Positions 31,640 to 41,114 of a stretch of 64,000 bases of DNA are shown here, in pieces (the stretch's first letter is position 1; each line of letters opens with the position of its first letter). The DNA is from an uncultured delta proteobacterium. Lineage in GTDB: Bacteria; Desulfobacterota; Desulfuromonadia; Geobacterales; Pseudopelobacteraceae. The DNA lies in NCBI GenBank assembly GCA_963772835.1, contig CAVYYZ010000002.1, forward strand, positions 64,001-128,000, given 5' to 3'. The notes below the pieces were generated by a model, which worked only from the letters and a program-made list of their open reading frames with translations, was not told the DNA's origin and did not search any database. The position numbers were made by a program, and so were the translations under genes.

Positions 31640-32791
31640 CTAGATCAATTCCTGGATAATTTCCGTGATATCCCTGATCTCAAGAACGGCACCCTCATCA
31701 AGGGATAACCGGCTGTCTTCAAAGTTCGTAATGCAATAGGGACAGGAAGTAACCAGCACTTCGGCGCCGACAGCAATGGCCTGATCCAGCCTCAGGTCGG
31801 AAAACCGCTCACCTTTCGGGGTCTCCATCCAGATCCTGCCGCCACCGCCGCCGCAGCAGAGGCTGTTTTCCCGTGAATCAGGCATTTCGACAAGCTCCAG
31901 ACCGGAGATACTCTTCAGCACTTCCCGCGGCTCGTTAAAGATACCGTTATGGCGTCCCGCGTAACAAGGGTCATGGTAGGTGACTTTTTTTGCGTACTTC
32001 CCGGTGAGTTTCAGCCTGCCATCCCTGATAAGCTCCGACAAATATTCGGAGATGTGTACCACTTCAAAGTGCACCATAAACTCAGGATATTCGTTTTTGA
32101 AGGTGTGATAACTATGCGGGGAGGAGACAAGAATTTTCTTCACTCCGCTTTCGATAAAGGTCTTGATGTTGTCTTTAGCCAGCTTTTTAAACAGATCCTC
32201 GTTGCCGGTCTTGCGGATGCTCTCGCCGCAGCAGCTCTCCTTGGAGCCCAGGATCCCGAATTTTACCCCTGCCTTGTTCAGGATGGCTGCAGTGGCGGCG
32301 GCAACCTTCTTCAATCTCGGGGCGTAACTCAGGTAGCAGCAGGAGAAATACAGCACTTCCATCCCCTCTTTGAACGGCTTTACTGACAGACCTTCAGCCC
32401 AGTCCGCCCGTTTGCTCCGTTCTTCATTGAAAGGGTTCCCTTCGCCCATAAGGCCGACACTCACGGTGCGAACCGGTGCGACGGAAGCCGGGAAGACATC
32501 GTTTTCCGAAGCTATTCTGCGCAGGGCCACCCCTGATTCAATCTGCTTGACCCCCCGGGGGCAGGCTTGAGGGCACTTCCCGCAGGTTGTGCAGCGCCAC
32601 AGGTTTTCGCTTTCAATGTCGGTCAATCCGAACGTGGCCTCCCGGATCAGCTTGCGCATGCTGAAGTCCCGTACCCTGTTCCACGGGCAGACCGTATCGC
32701 ACAATCCGCATTGATAGCAGAATTTGAAGGCGTCTCCGCCCTGCTCTTTAATGACTTCAATAATCTCTTTGAAGGGAGCGACTGTTTCCAT
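31640..32791 (-). CDS. bamD: BamD (HdrBC/HdrD-like Fe-S and CCG-domain subunit)
   Basis: CYQCGLCDTVCP, CTTCGKCPQACP and two CCG domains, plus synteny. Confidence 0.87.
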   Translation of the reverse strand: METVAPFKEIIEVIKEQGGDAFKFCYQCGLCDTVCPWNRVRDFSMRKLIREATFGLTDIESENLWRCTTCGKCPQACPRGVKQIESGVALRRIASENDVFPASVAPVRTVSVGLMGEGNPFNEERSKRADWAEGLSVKPFKEGMEVLYFSCCYLSYAPRLKKVAAATAAILNKAGVKFGILGSKESCCGESIRKTGNEDLFKKLAKDNIKTFIESGVKKILVSSPHSYHTFKNEYPEFMVHFEVVHISEYLSELIRDGRLKLTGKYAKKVTYHDPCYAGRHNGIFNEPREVLKSISGLELVEMPDSRENSLCCGGGGGRIWMETPKGERFSDLRLDQAIAVGAEVLVTSCPYCITNFEDSRLSLDEGAVLEIRDITEIIQELI

Positions 32792-32794
32792 TTT

Positions 32795-33325
32795 TCAACC
32801 CTTCTTTGACATGCGGGCTATGGTATCCATCACCTTCTGCAATCCATGTCTGTTCACCAGTGATTCCAGGCCGATCTCCATCTCACCCAGTTTCGGTTCC
32901 TCTTCCCTCTCCTCTTCCCGCTCCTCGTACGTCAGGGCTTTTGACAGGCACCACTTGACGCACAACGGTTCTTCCTCGCCGTCACACATGTCGCACTTCA
33001 GGGGGAGGCCGGAGTCGGGCTCTTTAAACAGGCTCCGGGACGGACATGAAGCCCGGCAGGTGTCACACTCGCTGTATTCCCTGCCGTCAAGCACATACTT
33101 GTTTCTGCCGGTACATTCCGATGGAGTGTACTCCCCGGCGTACACCGGCAGATAGATATCTTTTATCGGATCACGAATCAGCCTGATCCGGGACCGCTCC
33201 GGATTATTGCTGCTGTATTTCGGAGTGGCATGAAAGGAGGAACAGATCAGCTCACAGGCACGGCAGCCGTTACATTTATCAACATCGATCTTGATTACCT
33301 TGATTTTCTTCCTGATCTTACTCAT
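32795..33325 (-). CDS. bamC: BamC (polyferredoxin subunit)
   Basis: CNGCRACELIC, CDTCRASCP and KCDMC..P.CVKWC. Overlaps the bamB stop. Confidence 0.88.
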   Translation of the reverse strand: MSKIRKKIKVIKIDVDKCNGCRACELICSSFHATPKYSSNNPERSRIRLIRDPIKDIYLPVYAGEYTPSECTGRNKYVLDGREYSECDTCRASCPSRSLFKEPDSGLPLKCDMCDGEEEPLCVKWCLSKALTYEEREEEREEEPKLGEMEIGLESLVNRHGLQKVMDTIARMSKKG

Positions 33326-35282
33326 AGCTCAAGATCCCTCTCTTTTCCAAATCTTCACTGACGTAATCCATGCCTAATTCATGCAACGTCTCTTTCGTGG
33401 GGATACCCTGGTTGTTCCACCCCTTGAATGTGTAGTACGCATCAAGGAGCTGTTCTTCGAGTTCGGGAAACCGTTTCCGCCAATGGTCTTCAGGCGGCTT
33501 CTCGTCTGCCCTGCTCAAACCTCTCCTGATATTAAACGCTCTCAGAAGAGTTCGACTCCTCTTGGCGGCCAGCGACAGTGCCGCCTCATCAAAGTCAAAT
33601 CCGGTCGCAGCCGAGATCAGAATCGGGTAGTTGTGAATATGATACGGGGGTTTCAGGGGGAAAGATGACAGCCCGGCGCACATGCCGAGAGCGTCATCAA
33701 TGTAGTGCATCTTCTCCTGCCAATCGACGATATCGACGGACATATCAACTGTCGGGTAGTACGGATTCGATTTTTCCCCACGGACTTCCCAGTCCAGAAG
33801 ATACTGCTTGAACTTTTCATCAGGAACATGGACCCAGTCTTTGACAAACTCCTCCCGCTCCTCCATCGTCGGAAAAGGAGCCTGGGGGAACTGCCCTTCG
33901 ATCTGGGTGATATTTGCCTTCTCGCCGGTGCAGTACATAAGGAAATAGACGGGATTGAGCATGCCGAGTTTAAGGGGAAGCTGCTCATGCTTCTTGATGT
34001 TGTTGTGGGCGTATGCGTCCGCACCCTTGCCGATCTTCAGGGCCGCCCAGTGGGTGCCGTCGGCCAGAATATCGCCGATTCCCTCACGTCGGACGATCCG
34101 GTCGAGCAGCCAGTAAAATTTCCCCTCGTTGTCGTCCGGACATCCCGCAAAGTCGTCTTCGGACAAAATACCGGCTTCACGGAGTTCAAAAGCAAATGCC
34201 ATGATCTGCGGCGTCGAGAATCCGTCAACCCCGTACTCAGTCGCCCGTTGCGCAATTCTGAAGCCGAAATCAAGGTCGTCAACAAAGGCGGCCATATTAT
34301 ATGTAAGCTTTGTGAAGCATTTCATCATGTAGGTCGACATCCCGGGGAGGGAGATTATCGCTCCGCATTTCATCGGGCAGTTATAGCAGCTGATCAGGCG
34401 CGTCCGGGCATTTTCCTGGGTCTCTTTCCATTTTTCTTCAACTTCCCTGGTCCAGAATTCTTTTCTCCGGGTACGGGAATTCCCCCAGGAGAAATTTTCA
34501 GTATGCCACTTCTCATCGGTATGCAGCATCTCCTGCGGCGAACCAAGCCCAGCGAGAATAGGCATTACCCCAGGGACCGGTTTCTCTTCGCGGTCGGCGA
34601 TATATTTCAGAACATCGTGACAAAGCTCCATATATTCAGCCGGTCGGGCGATATTGATGTCCTTTGTGCCCCGGACAACAACCGCCTTCACCCGTTTATC
34701 TCCCATAACGGCGCCGATTCCCAGACGACTGGCACTCGACCTTCCCTGTTCAATGGAAGCGGTAAAGACCCTGTTTTCTCCGGCCAGACCGATAGCGGCC
34801 ACCTGAGCATACGGTTCCTTCAGCTCCTGCCTGATAAGCTCCTGCGTTTCAACCGCGCCTTTGCCGGCCAAATGGGAGGCGTCACGTATTTCCACTTTGT
34901 CATTGTTGATCCACAGATAGACCAGTGTGGGCGATTTGCCGCGAAAGATCACCTTGTCATACCCGGCATACTTCAATTCGGGCGCCCAGAAGCCCCCCAT
35001 CATTGAATACGCCATTAACTGTGTCTGGGGAGAAATGGTGGAAACAATCGTGCGATTGCAGCCGGGAGCGGGCGTGCCGACTAACAGCCCCGTCCCGAAT
35101 ATCAGGAGATTCTCGGGAGAAAACGGCTCGACTTCGGGAGGCACCCTGTCCCACAGTATCTTGGTATTTGTGGCGAGTCCCCCCAGATACAGCTTGCTCA
35201 GGCCTGGATCGGTTGCGACTCTCTCAATACTTCCCCGGGTCAGATCAATCTCCAAATTAAATCCTGCTTCTGCGTATCCCAT
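33318..35282 (-). CDS. bamB: BamB, tungsten-pterin catalytic subunit of class II benzoyl-CoA reductase (AOR family)
   Basis: N-terminus MGYAEAG, GAVMGDK, GSPQEM..DEKWHTENF, CYNCPMKC, MMKCF and DALGMC. Heads the C-I cluster. Confidence 0.92.
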   Translation of the reverse strand: MGYAEAGFNLEIDLTRGSIERVATDPGLSKLYLGGLATNTKILWDRVPPEVEPFSPENLLIFGTGLLVGTPAPGCNRTIVSTISPQTQLMAYSMMGGFWAPELKYAGYDKVIFRGKSPTLVYLWINNDKVEIRDASHLAGKGAVETQELIRQELKEPYAQVAAIGLAGENRVFTASIEQGRSSASRLGIGAVMGDKRVKAVVVRGTKDINIARPAEYMELCHDVLKYIADREEKPVPGVMPILAGLGSPQEMLHTDEKWHTENFSWGNSRTRRKEFWTREVEEKWKETQENARTRLISCYNCPMKCGAIISLPGMSTYMMKCFTKLTYNMAAFVDDLDFGFRIAQRATEYGVDGFSTPQIMAFAFELREAGILSEDDFAGCPDDNEGKFYWLLDRIVRREGIGDILADGTHWAALKIGKGADAYAHNNIKKHEQLPLKLGMLNPVYFLMYCTGEKANITQIEGQFPQAPFPTMEEREEFVKDWVHVPDEKFKQYLLDWEVRGEKSNPYYPTVDMSVDIVDWQEKMHYIDDALGMCAGLSSFPLKPPYHIHNYPILISAATGFDFDEAALSLAAKRSRTLLRAFNIRRGLSRADEKPPEDHWRKRFPELEEQLLDAYYTFKGWNNQGIPTKETLHELGMDYVSEDLEKRGILSYE

Positions 35283-35322
35283 CTTTATACCCCTTTACCT
35301 TGAACGATGAATGCGGATCGAG

Positions 35323-36234
35323 TCAGCGTATTTCCTTGGTGAGAAGCAGGCGCTGTGACGGCCTGAAACCACGCCTGGACAGAAAGTTCCTCAGACCGGA
35401 ATTTTCATGTTCCACTTTTGTCCGGACCGACATGATCTGAAGTGAAGAAAGTTTCAGAATCAGTTGAGAAAGAAGCGCATGACCGACCCCCGAGCCGGCA
35501 TGTGCCGGATGCACGCCGATAGTGTCTATGACAGCCGCCTTCTCCACGGTGCCGAATTCACCGTAGTCGATGCGCGCCATGATGAAACCGATGACGGTTC
35601 CGCCGCTTTCGGCAACCATGGAAACCCGGACACCCGATTCATCGAGCATCTCCCTGAACTTGGATGCGTAATAGGCCGAACGGTCGAGACCGGTAAGTTT
35701 CGTGTCGATCCGGTCGATAGTCGCGATATCCTCACCTCTGAGCGGGCGCACCAGTGGAGCAGGCGCTGCCTCTACTGTATCTTCTTTCAAAGGGGAGGTG
35801 TTGCGCTCAATGATTTGACCGGAGGCCAGAGAGAATCCTGTTGCGGCGAAAAATCTGATCATGGCGTGCCGCGACCAGAGTGTCTGGGTCAGGAGGGAGC
35901 TGATGTTCCTGTTTTTCATCCGCCGTTCGATCCCGGCCAGAACCATTCTGCCGATACCCCGCCCCTGGTGGTCCGGAGCTACGCCGACGGTATCGAGTAC
36001 TGCCATCGCACTTCGGGCGCCGAATTCCCCCTCCAGTATCCGGGCGAATCCGTACCCCGCAAGTTTTTTATCGTCAATAACGGCACAGGAAATAATGCTG
36101 TCGGGCATTGCTGATGCCGCGGCAAGCCTTTTTTCGAGAAAAAACGTTCTCGGACTGCCGGCCAGATCGCTCTCGATTTCTGTAACCTGCTGCAAATCTT
36201 CCGGATAGAGTGAGCGTGTCGTGAGGTCTGACAT
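35323..36234 (-). CDS. Tandem (double-domain) GNAT acetyltransferase
   Basis: Two similar halves: GEFG..AVLDTVGVAP..QGRGIG and GEFG..AVIDTIGVHP..AGSGVG. Start at MSDLT. Confidence 0.82.
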   Translation of the reverse strand: MSDLTTRSLYPEDLQQVTEIESDLAGSPRTFFLEKRLAAASAMPDSIISCAVIDDKKLAGYGFARILEGEFGARSAMAVLDTVGVAPDHQGRGIGRMVLAGIERRMKNRNISSLLTQTLWSRHAMIRFFAATGFSLASGQIIERNTSPLKEDTVEAAPAPLVRPLRGEDIATIDRIDTKLTGLDRSAYYASKFREMLDESGVRVSMVAESGGTVIGFIMARIDYGEFGTVEKAAVIDTIGVHPAHAGSGVGHALLSQLILKLSSLQIMSVRTKVEHENSGLRNFLSRRGFRPSQRLLLTKEIR

Positions 36235-36341
36235 TTCTGTTTTCCCTTTCAGTGACGGGTCAATATCAATTACAAGGGTGCTGCAAAGGCATGGGAAACA
36301 TACATACACGCACCTGATGAAGATCAAACGTAGTTATTTAT

Positions 36342-36377
36342 GTAATTAGGTACTACAATACCGATTAATATGTCAAG
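36342..36377 (-). promoter_or_regulatory. GNAT-bamB operon promoter: TTGACA -35 plus operator (site 2)
   Basis: GTA-ATTAG-GTAC-TACAA-TAC at 36342-36361 and TGTCAA at 36371-36376. Confidence 0.75.
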
Positions 36378-36439
36378 TAGAATCTTCCCGCTTCCCGGGG
36401 GATACTTTTGTCAATTAATTCAGCGTGTAATTATATATC

Positions 36440-36481
36440 TTGAAATTAATTATTTAAAGTAGTATTTAGGTACCGAATTAT
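36440..36481 (+). promoter_or_regulatory. Divergent promoter of the GNAT-Rrf2 operon with a degenerate operator (site 5)
   Basis: TTGAAA at 36440-36445 and GTA-TTTAG-GTAC-CGAAT-TAT at 36462-36481. Confidence 0.55.
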
Positions 36482-36564
36482 GTATCAGTATGTATGCAGC
36501 ACTCTCAAAGCTCACAGACAAGATCATTTACGGCAGTTATCGAAATCGACACCTGGACAGACTT

Positions 36565-37011
36565 ATGAAAGAACAGATTTCCATCCGCAACGCCATTGCA
36601 TCTGATCTGAATGCCGTAATTTCTCTGGATCAGTGGGCCCCCCAGGGTGAAAAGCCGGCCTACTGGAGCAGCGTTTTTGATCACTACGTTCGTCGTGACA
36701 AAACCGATCGGCTTTTTCTGGTTGCAGAATCCGGCGGCAGGGTCGTCGGTTTTATAATTGGGGAAGTTCGCGCCTGGGAGTTTGGATCGCCCCCCTGTGG
36801 GTGGGTGTTTGCATTGGCGGTGTCCCCGGAATGCCGCCAGATGAGCATTGGCCAACAGATGTTTGAAGAGATATCGACGCGTCTGAAACAGGCAGGTGTT
36901 ACTACAGTGCGTACAATGGTCGACCGTGACGACAAACTGACGCTGTCGTTTTTCCGCGGGTTGGGCTTATGCACCGGCAAGTACCTCGAACTTGAAAAAC
37001 AGATTGATTAG
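36565..37011 (+). CDS. GNAT acetyltransferase (BadL-like)
   Basis: VVGFIIGEVRAWEFG, AVSPECRQMSIG and FFRGLG. Immediately upstream of an Rrf2 gene, as in badL-badM. Confidence 0.8.
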   Translation: MKEQISIRNAIASDLNAVISLDQWAPQGEKPAYWSSVFDHYVRRDKTDRLFLVAESGGRVVGFIIGEVRAWEFGSPPCGWVFALAVSPECRQMSIGQQMFEEISTRLKQAGVTTVRTMVDRDDKLTLSFFRGLGLCTGKYLELEKQID

Positions 37012-37071
37012 TCAGGACGTTTACACCGGATACGCGCGTTAACATTTTACTTATTATTATGAGAGTTCATT

Positions 37072-37524
37072 ATGAAACTGAATAAGGCGAGCCTGTTTGC
37101 ACTCATTGCAGTACTGGAGCTGGCCAGCGATACAGAGAAACAGCTTTCAACCACCGATATCGCCCAGAAACACGGCATTTCGACACACCATCTCGCAAAA
37201 GTCATGCGCAATCTCACGCACGAAGGTCTGGTTCAGGCAGTACGTGGAGCCGGCGGTGGGTACCGATTTTCAGGGAATGTAAAACGGACGACATTACTTG
37301 ATATTATTCAGCTTTTTGAGACACTTGAGTCAGAACTTGATGTCCCGAGCTGGGGCAATGACGGCGATCCGATTATTGGTGAGCTTCAGAGCATTACCAG
37401 TGAAATTGACAATCTCACCAAGGCGGTGTTGGACACGATCACCCTGGCCACGGCACTGAAAAACACCCGGATTCGCGCAGAACTGCTGACGAAACAGACG
37501 TTGCCGGGGAATGTATCCGCGTAA
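37072..37524 (+). CDS. Rrf2-family repressor (BadM/BgeR-like)
   Basis: Winged HTH with HLAKVM..L..GLVQAVRGAGGGY. Contains no Cys, so it is not an Fe-S IscR/NsrR type. Located inside the bam cluster. Confidence 0.85.
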   Translation: MKLNKASLFALIAVLELASDTEKQLSTTDIAQKHGISTHHLAKVMRNLTHEGLVQAVRGAGGGYRFSGNVKRTTLLDIIQLFETLESELDVPSWGNDGDPIIGELQSITSEIDNLTKAVLDTITLATALKNTRIRAELLTKQTLPGNVSA

Positions 37525-37580
37525 CGGGATCCGTAAATTCCAACCTTTAATGAACACTCCTGAAATGTGTGGGCTTTTTT

Positions 37581-38423
37581 TTACAGTCCCAGCAACTTCG
37601 CCGCATTACCACCCATGATGTTTTCAACTCCGTCCCGGGGTAAATCCAGAGCACGTATTGCGTCCATGTTCTCCTTGATCCGGGGCACTGCCGGCCAGTC
37701 GCTGCCGAAGATGACCTTGTCAGTGTTGCGAGCCAGTTCGGGAAAATAGGTCAGCAGTTTTGATGGCGGGAGCCCGGAAAGTTCCATGTACACATTGGCG
37801 TGGAGACGTGAAAGAAAAAAAGCCCGGTCATACCAGAAACCACGACCGGAATGCGCCATAACCAGGTTCAGGTTCGGGAAGTCGGAAGCGACATCGTCAA
37901 GATGCAGCGGATCACCGTATTTTAACCGCGACCCCTTGAACACAGAAGAACCGGTGTGAATCAGGACAGGAATGCCCAGATCCTGGGCGGCGTGATAAAG
38001 TGGGTACATCCGGGTGTCGTTAAGATAGTAATGCTGATAGGTCGGGTAGAGTTTGACACCGCGGAAATCTTCATCCTCCACTTTGCGGCGCAGTTCGCCG
38101 CCGAGATCCGTGTACAGATGCGGATTAAGGTCACAGAAAGGGATCAGCCTGCTCCGTCCCCGGCAGAATTCACGTACCTGCTCGTTGGTGCAGACTCCGG
38201 TCGTGACATGGCTCAACTCCGCAAGGATACAGGCATAATCAACCTCTTCAGTTGTCAGCAGCTCTTCAAACGCCCCCGGGTCATTATAGCGCTGAATATA
38301 TTCTTCGTATCCCGCCGGGTGAGTCTTGCGTATCCATTCGGTCACCCAGGGGTGATGAAACGTGTATACTCCCAGGTGAACGTGAAAATCGATCCGCAGC
38401 TTTCGTTCCGGGATTTCAGGCAA
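37581..38423 (-). CDS. Amidohydrolase family protein (Amidohydro_2)
   Basis: IDFHVH, GVKLYP, PVLIHTG, MAHSG and FGSDWP. TTG start after GGAG. Confidence 0.83.
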   Translation of the reverse strand: MPEIPERKLRIDFHVHLGVYTFHHPWVTEWIRKTHPAGYEEYIQRYNDPGAFEELLTTEEVDYACILAELSHVTTGVCTNEQVREFCRGRSRLIPFCDLNPHLYTDLGGELRRKVEDEDFRGVKLYPTYQHYYLNDTRMYPLYHAAQDLGIPVLIHTGSSVFKGSRLKYGDPLHLDDVASDFPNLNLVMAHSGRGFWYDRAFFLSRLHANVYMELSGLPPSKLLTYFPELARNTDKVIFGSDWPAVPRIKENMDAIRALDLPRDGVENIMGGNAAKLLGL

Positions 38424-38465
38424 GATCGGTCTCCATTTTTATACGAAAAAAATATAAAACATTTT

Positions 38466-38598
38466 AAACACAGAGCAACAGAGCAACAGAGAAAAAATGA
38501 AGAATTCTGGTTAAATTCAAAAAGAACTTTAACCATAGGGCTCTGCCTTATATTGCAGTAACTATTCTATTTCTCTGTTGCTCCGTTGCTCTGTGTTT
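38466..38598. repeat. 133-bp element with 29-bp terminal inverted repeats built of CAGAGCAA octamers
   Basis: 38466-38494 aaacacagagcaacagagcaacagagaaa matches the reverse complement of 38570-38598 at 28 of 29 positions. Inner GGTTAAA...TTTAACC hairpin. Confidence 0.8.
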
Positions 38599-38617
38599 CG
38601 AGATCTGTCGTTTCAGG

Positions 38618-39331
38618 CTAGATATATTGTCCGGCATCCACCCGGATCACTTCACCGGTGATCATCCTCGCCCCATCTGAAAGCAGGAACAGCACCGCAT
38701 TGGCGATATCCTCCGGTACCGCCATTTCCGGCAGCAGGCACTCATTCCTGGCCTTGGCAAGGATCTCTTCCGGCAGCGCCAGCGCCATTTCGGTCAGCAC
38801 CATGCCAGGGGCCACGGCATTGACCGTGATTCCCTTCGGCCCCAGCTCCCGGGCAAGGGTCTTGGTCAGACCGATCAAACCTGCCTTGGAGGCGGAATAG
38901 TTGGCCTGGCCGAATTTCCCCCGCATGCCGTTGATGGAGGTAATGTTGACGATCCGCCCGTATCCTGCTTCACGCATGGCGGGAGCCAGTGCCCGTACCA
39001 CATTGAAGGCGCCGGTCAGATTAACCGAGAGGACCGACAGCCAGTCATCATCAGTCATTTTGGCCAGACTCTTATCTCTGGTAATGCCGGCGTTATTGAC
39101 CAACAGCGATATCCGATCCGGCAGCCCGGCAACAACTGCGTTGACACAGGCGGAATCCGCGATATCAACCGTGTGAAACTGATACGACTCCTCGCCATCG
39201 CCCGGGGCAACATCAAAGACGTGCACCGTAACTCCCTGAGCGATTAATGCACGGGTAATAGCCAGACCGATTCCACGTGCGCCGCCGGTAACAACCGCAC
39301 TGCGCCCCTTAAAACTTGAAAAGCCGTTCAT
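38618..39331 (-). CDS. SDR oxidoreductase (FabG/acetoacetyl-CoA reductase-like)
   Basis: TGGARGIG, NNAGITRD and YSASK. Confidence 0.85.
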   Translation of the reverse strand: MNGFSSFKGRSAVVTGGARGIGLAITRALIAQGVTVHVFDVAPGDGEESYQFHTVDIADSACVNAVVAGLPDRISLLVNNAGITRDKSLAKMTDDDWLSVLSVNLTGAFNVVRALAPAMREAGYGRIVNITSINGMRGKFGQANYSASKAGLIGLTKTLARELGPKGITVNAVAPGMVLTEMALALPEEILAKARNECLLPEMAVPEDIANAVLFLLSDGARMITGEVIRVDAGQYI

Positions 39332-39395
39332 TGCCGCTCCTTGTACAGATGTGAACCACCTCTCCGCGAACCTTTACTGACGTATCGTTATACCC

Positions 39396-40262
39396 CTATT
39401 TATCGGAATAATCGTAAAAACCTTTACCTGTCTTGCGACCCAGGTAGCCGGCCTTGATCATATTGCGCAGCAATCCGGGAGGGGCAAAACGGGCATCCTT
39501 CATGTAGTCGTAGAAAATATTGCCGACATGATAACCGATATCGGTACCGGCATAATCCTGGAGTTCAAGCGGGCCCATCGGCATGCCGCAGCCGAGTTTC
39601 ATGGCAGTGTCGATGTCTGCAGCCGAGGCGACTCCTTCTTCGAGCAGACGGACTGCATCCAGCATATACGGGACCAGAAGACGGTTCACGACGAAGCCGG
39701 GAGTATCTTTGCAGGTAATGGCGGTTTTGCCGATCTTTTCTGCCATCGCCAGGGCGAGGTCGGTGGTTGCCTGGACAGTCTGCATGCCGGGAATGACTTC
39801 GACCAGCTTCATCATCGGCACCGGATTAAAGAAGTGCATGCCGATGAAATTGGCCGGGCGCTTAACCAGAGCCGCCATTTCAGTAATGGCAAGGGATGAT
39901 GTGTTGGTTGCATAGATGGTCTCGTCGCCGCAGACAGCGTCAAGCTTTCCGAAAAGTTCTTTCTTTACCTCCGCACTTTCGAAAACGGCTTCAAAGATAA
40001 AGGGGACACCTGTCAGAGTTGCAACATCGGTGGAGAAGCTGATACGGGAGAGTGCGGCAGCCATATCGGCCTCGCTTATCTTCTCCTTTTTCAGCATCCT
40101 TTCCAGGCTGGTGGTAATAGTCTTCAGTGCCCGTGCCCAGACAACCTCGCTGACGTCAACCACCTTGACCTGAAATCCCGCCTGAGCGGCCGTCTGGACA
40201 ATTCCCGCTCCCATGCTTCCCGCACCGCATACGCCGACCGTCGTGATGTTTTCAATGTTCAT
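39396..40262 (-). CDS. hbd: 3-hydroxyacyl(butyryl)-CoA dehydrogenase
   Basis: GAGSMGAG, ATNTSSL, GMHFFNP, PGFVVNR and PMGPL. Confidence 0.87.
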   Translation of the reverse strand: MNIENITTVGVCGAGSMGAGIVQTAAQAGFQVKVVDVSEVVWARALKTITTSLERMLKKEKISEADMAAALSRISFSTDVATLTGVPFIFEAVFESAEVKKELFGKLDAVCGDETIYATNTSSLAITEMAALVKRPANFIGMHFFNPVPMMKLVEVIPGMQTVQATTDLALAMAEKIGKTAITCKDTPGFVVNRLLVPYMLDAVRLLEEGVASAADIDTAMKLGCGMPMGPLELQDYAGTDIGYHVGNIFYDYMKDARFAPPGLLRNMIKAGYLGRKTGKGFYDYSDK

Positions 40263-40295
40263 TGTTGTATCTCCTTATGTATGAGTTTGAATCAA

Positions 40296-41078
40296 TTATC
40301 TGTTCAGAAAATTCGGTTTCCGTTTTTCACCAAAAGCGGTCAAACCTTCCTTGGCATCGTGAGTCGAGAGATTTTCAAGTCCGTACTTTCGCTCGACTGC
40401 CAGAGCCTGCTCCAACGGGAGGTCGAAACCTTCGTTGACGGCGATCTTAATACAGCCGATAGCCTTCCCCGCACCGGAAGCCAGTTTGGCGGCAAAAGCC
40501 ATGACTTCAGCCAGAAAGTTTTCCGCTTCGATAACCCGGTCAACCAGCCCGATGGCCAGAGCCTCTTCCCCACCCATCACCTTACCGAACAGGAGGATAT
40601 CCATTGCCTTCGCCAGTCCGACCAGGCGGGGGAGCCGCTGAGTTCCGCCCGCACCGGGGAGGATGCCAAGGGTTGCCTCCGGCAGGCCGATAAGCCCTTT
40701 TCCGGCCGCCATGAATCGATAATCACACGCCAGTGCCAGCTCGCACCCTCCCCCGAGAGCATGGCCGTTGATGGCCGCAATCACGACCTTCTTCATGCCG
40801 GAAAGAATGTTGTTGGCACCCTGAAGGAGCATCGAGAACGCCTCGGATTCATCCAGCCCCATGGCAGCCATCTCCTTGATATCGGCACCCGCGATAAATG
40901 CTTTTTCCAGGGCACTGGTAATAACAACAACGGTGATATCGTCCATCTGCGCCGCTTCGCTGAATGCGTCGAAGAGTTCCTGGCCGAATTCCCGGTTGAG
41001 CGGATTTGTCGGCGGACGATTGAGTATGACCGTTAGAATCCGGCCCTCTTTATTTAACGTAATAAACTGGTATGCCAT
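40296..41078 (-). CDS. Enoyl-CoA hydratase (crotonase)
   Basis: AGADIKE, GGGCELALACD, PEATLG and PGAGGTQRL. Both catalytic Glu residues are present. Confidence 0.87.
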   Translation of the reverse strand: MAYQFITLNKEGRILTVILNRPPTNPLNREFGQELFDAFSEAAQMDDITVVVITSALEKAFIAGADIKEMAAMGLDESEAFSMLLQGANNILSGMKKVVIAAINGHALGGGCELALACDYRFMAAGKGLIGLPEATLGILPGAGGTQRLPRLVGLAKAMDILLFGKVMGGEEALAIGLVDRVIEAENFLAEVMAFAAKLASGAGKAIGCIKIAVNEGFDLPLEQALAVERKYGLENLSTHDAKEGLTAFGEKRKPNFLNR

Positions 41079-41114
41079 AGCGTTACTCCGGAGTAGAAAG
41101 AATTTGAGCGGGAG

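Noticed and set aside
33705..35006. 433-aa plus-strand ORF (likewise 3595-4545, 9828-10823, 41250-42221, 43153-44223)
   Set aside because: All lie antisense to well-supported genes and lack motifs.
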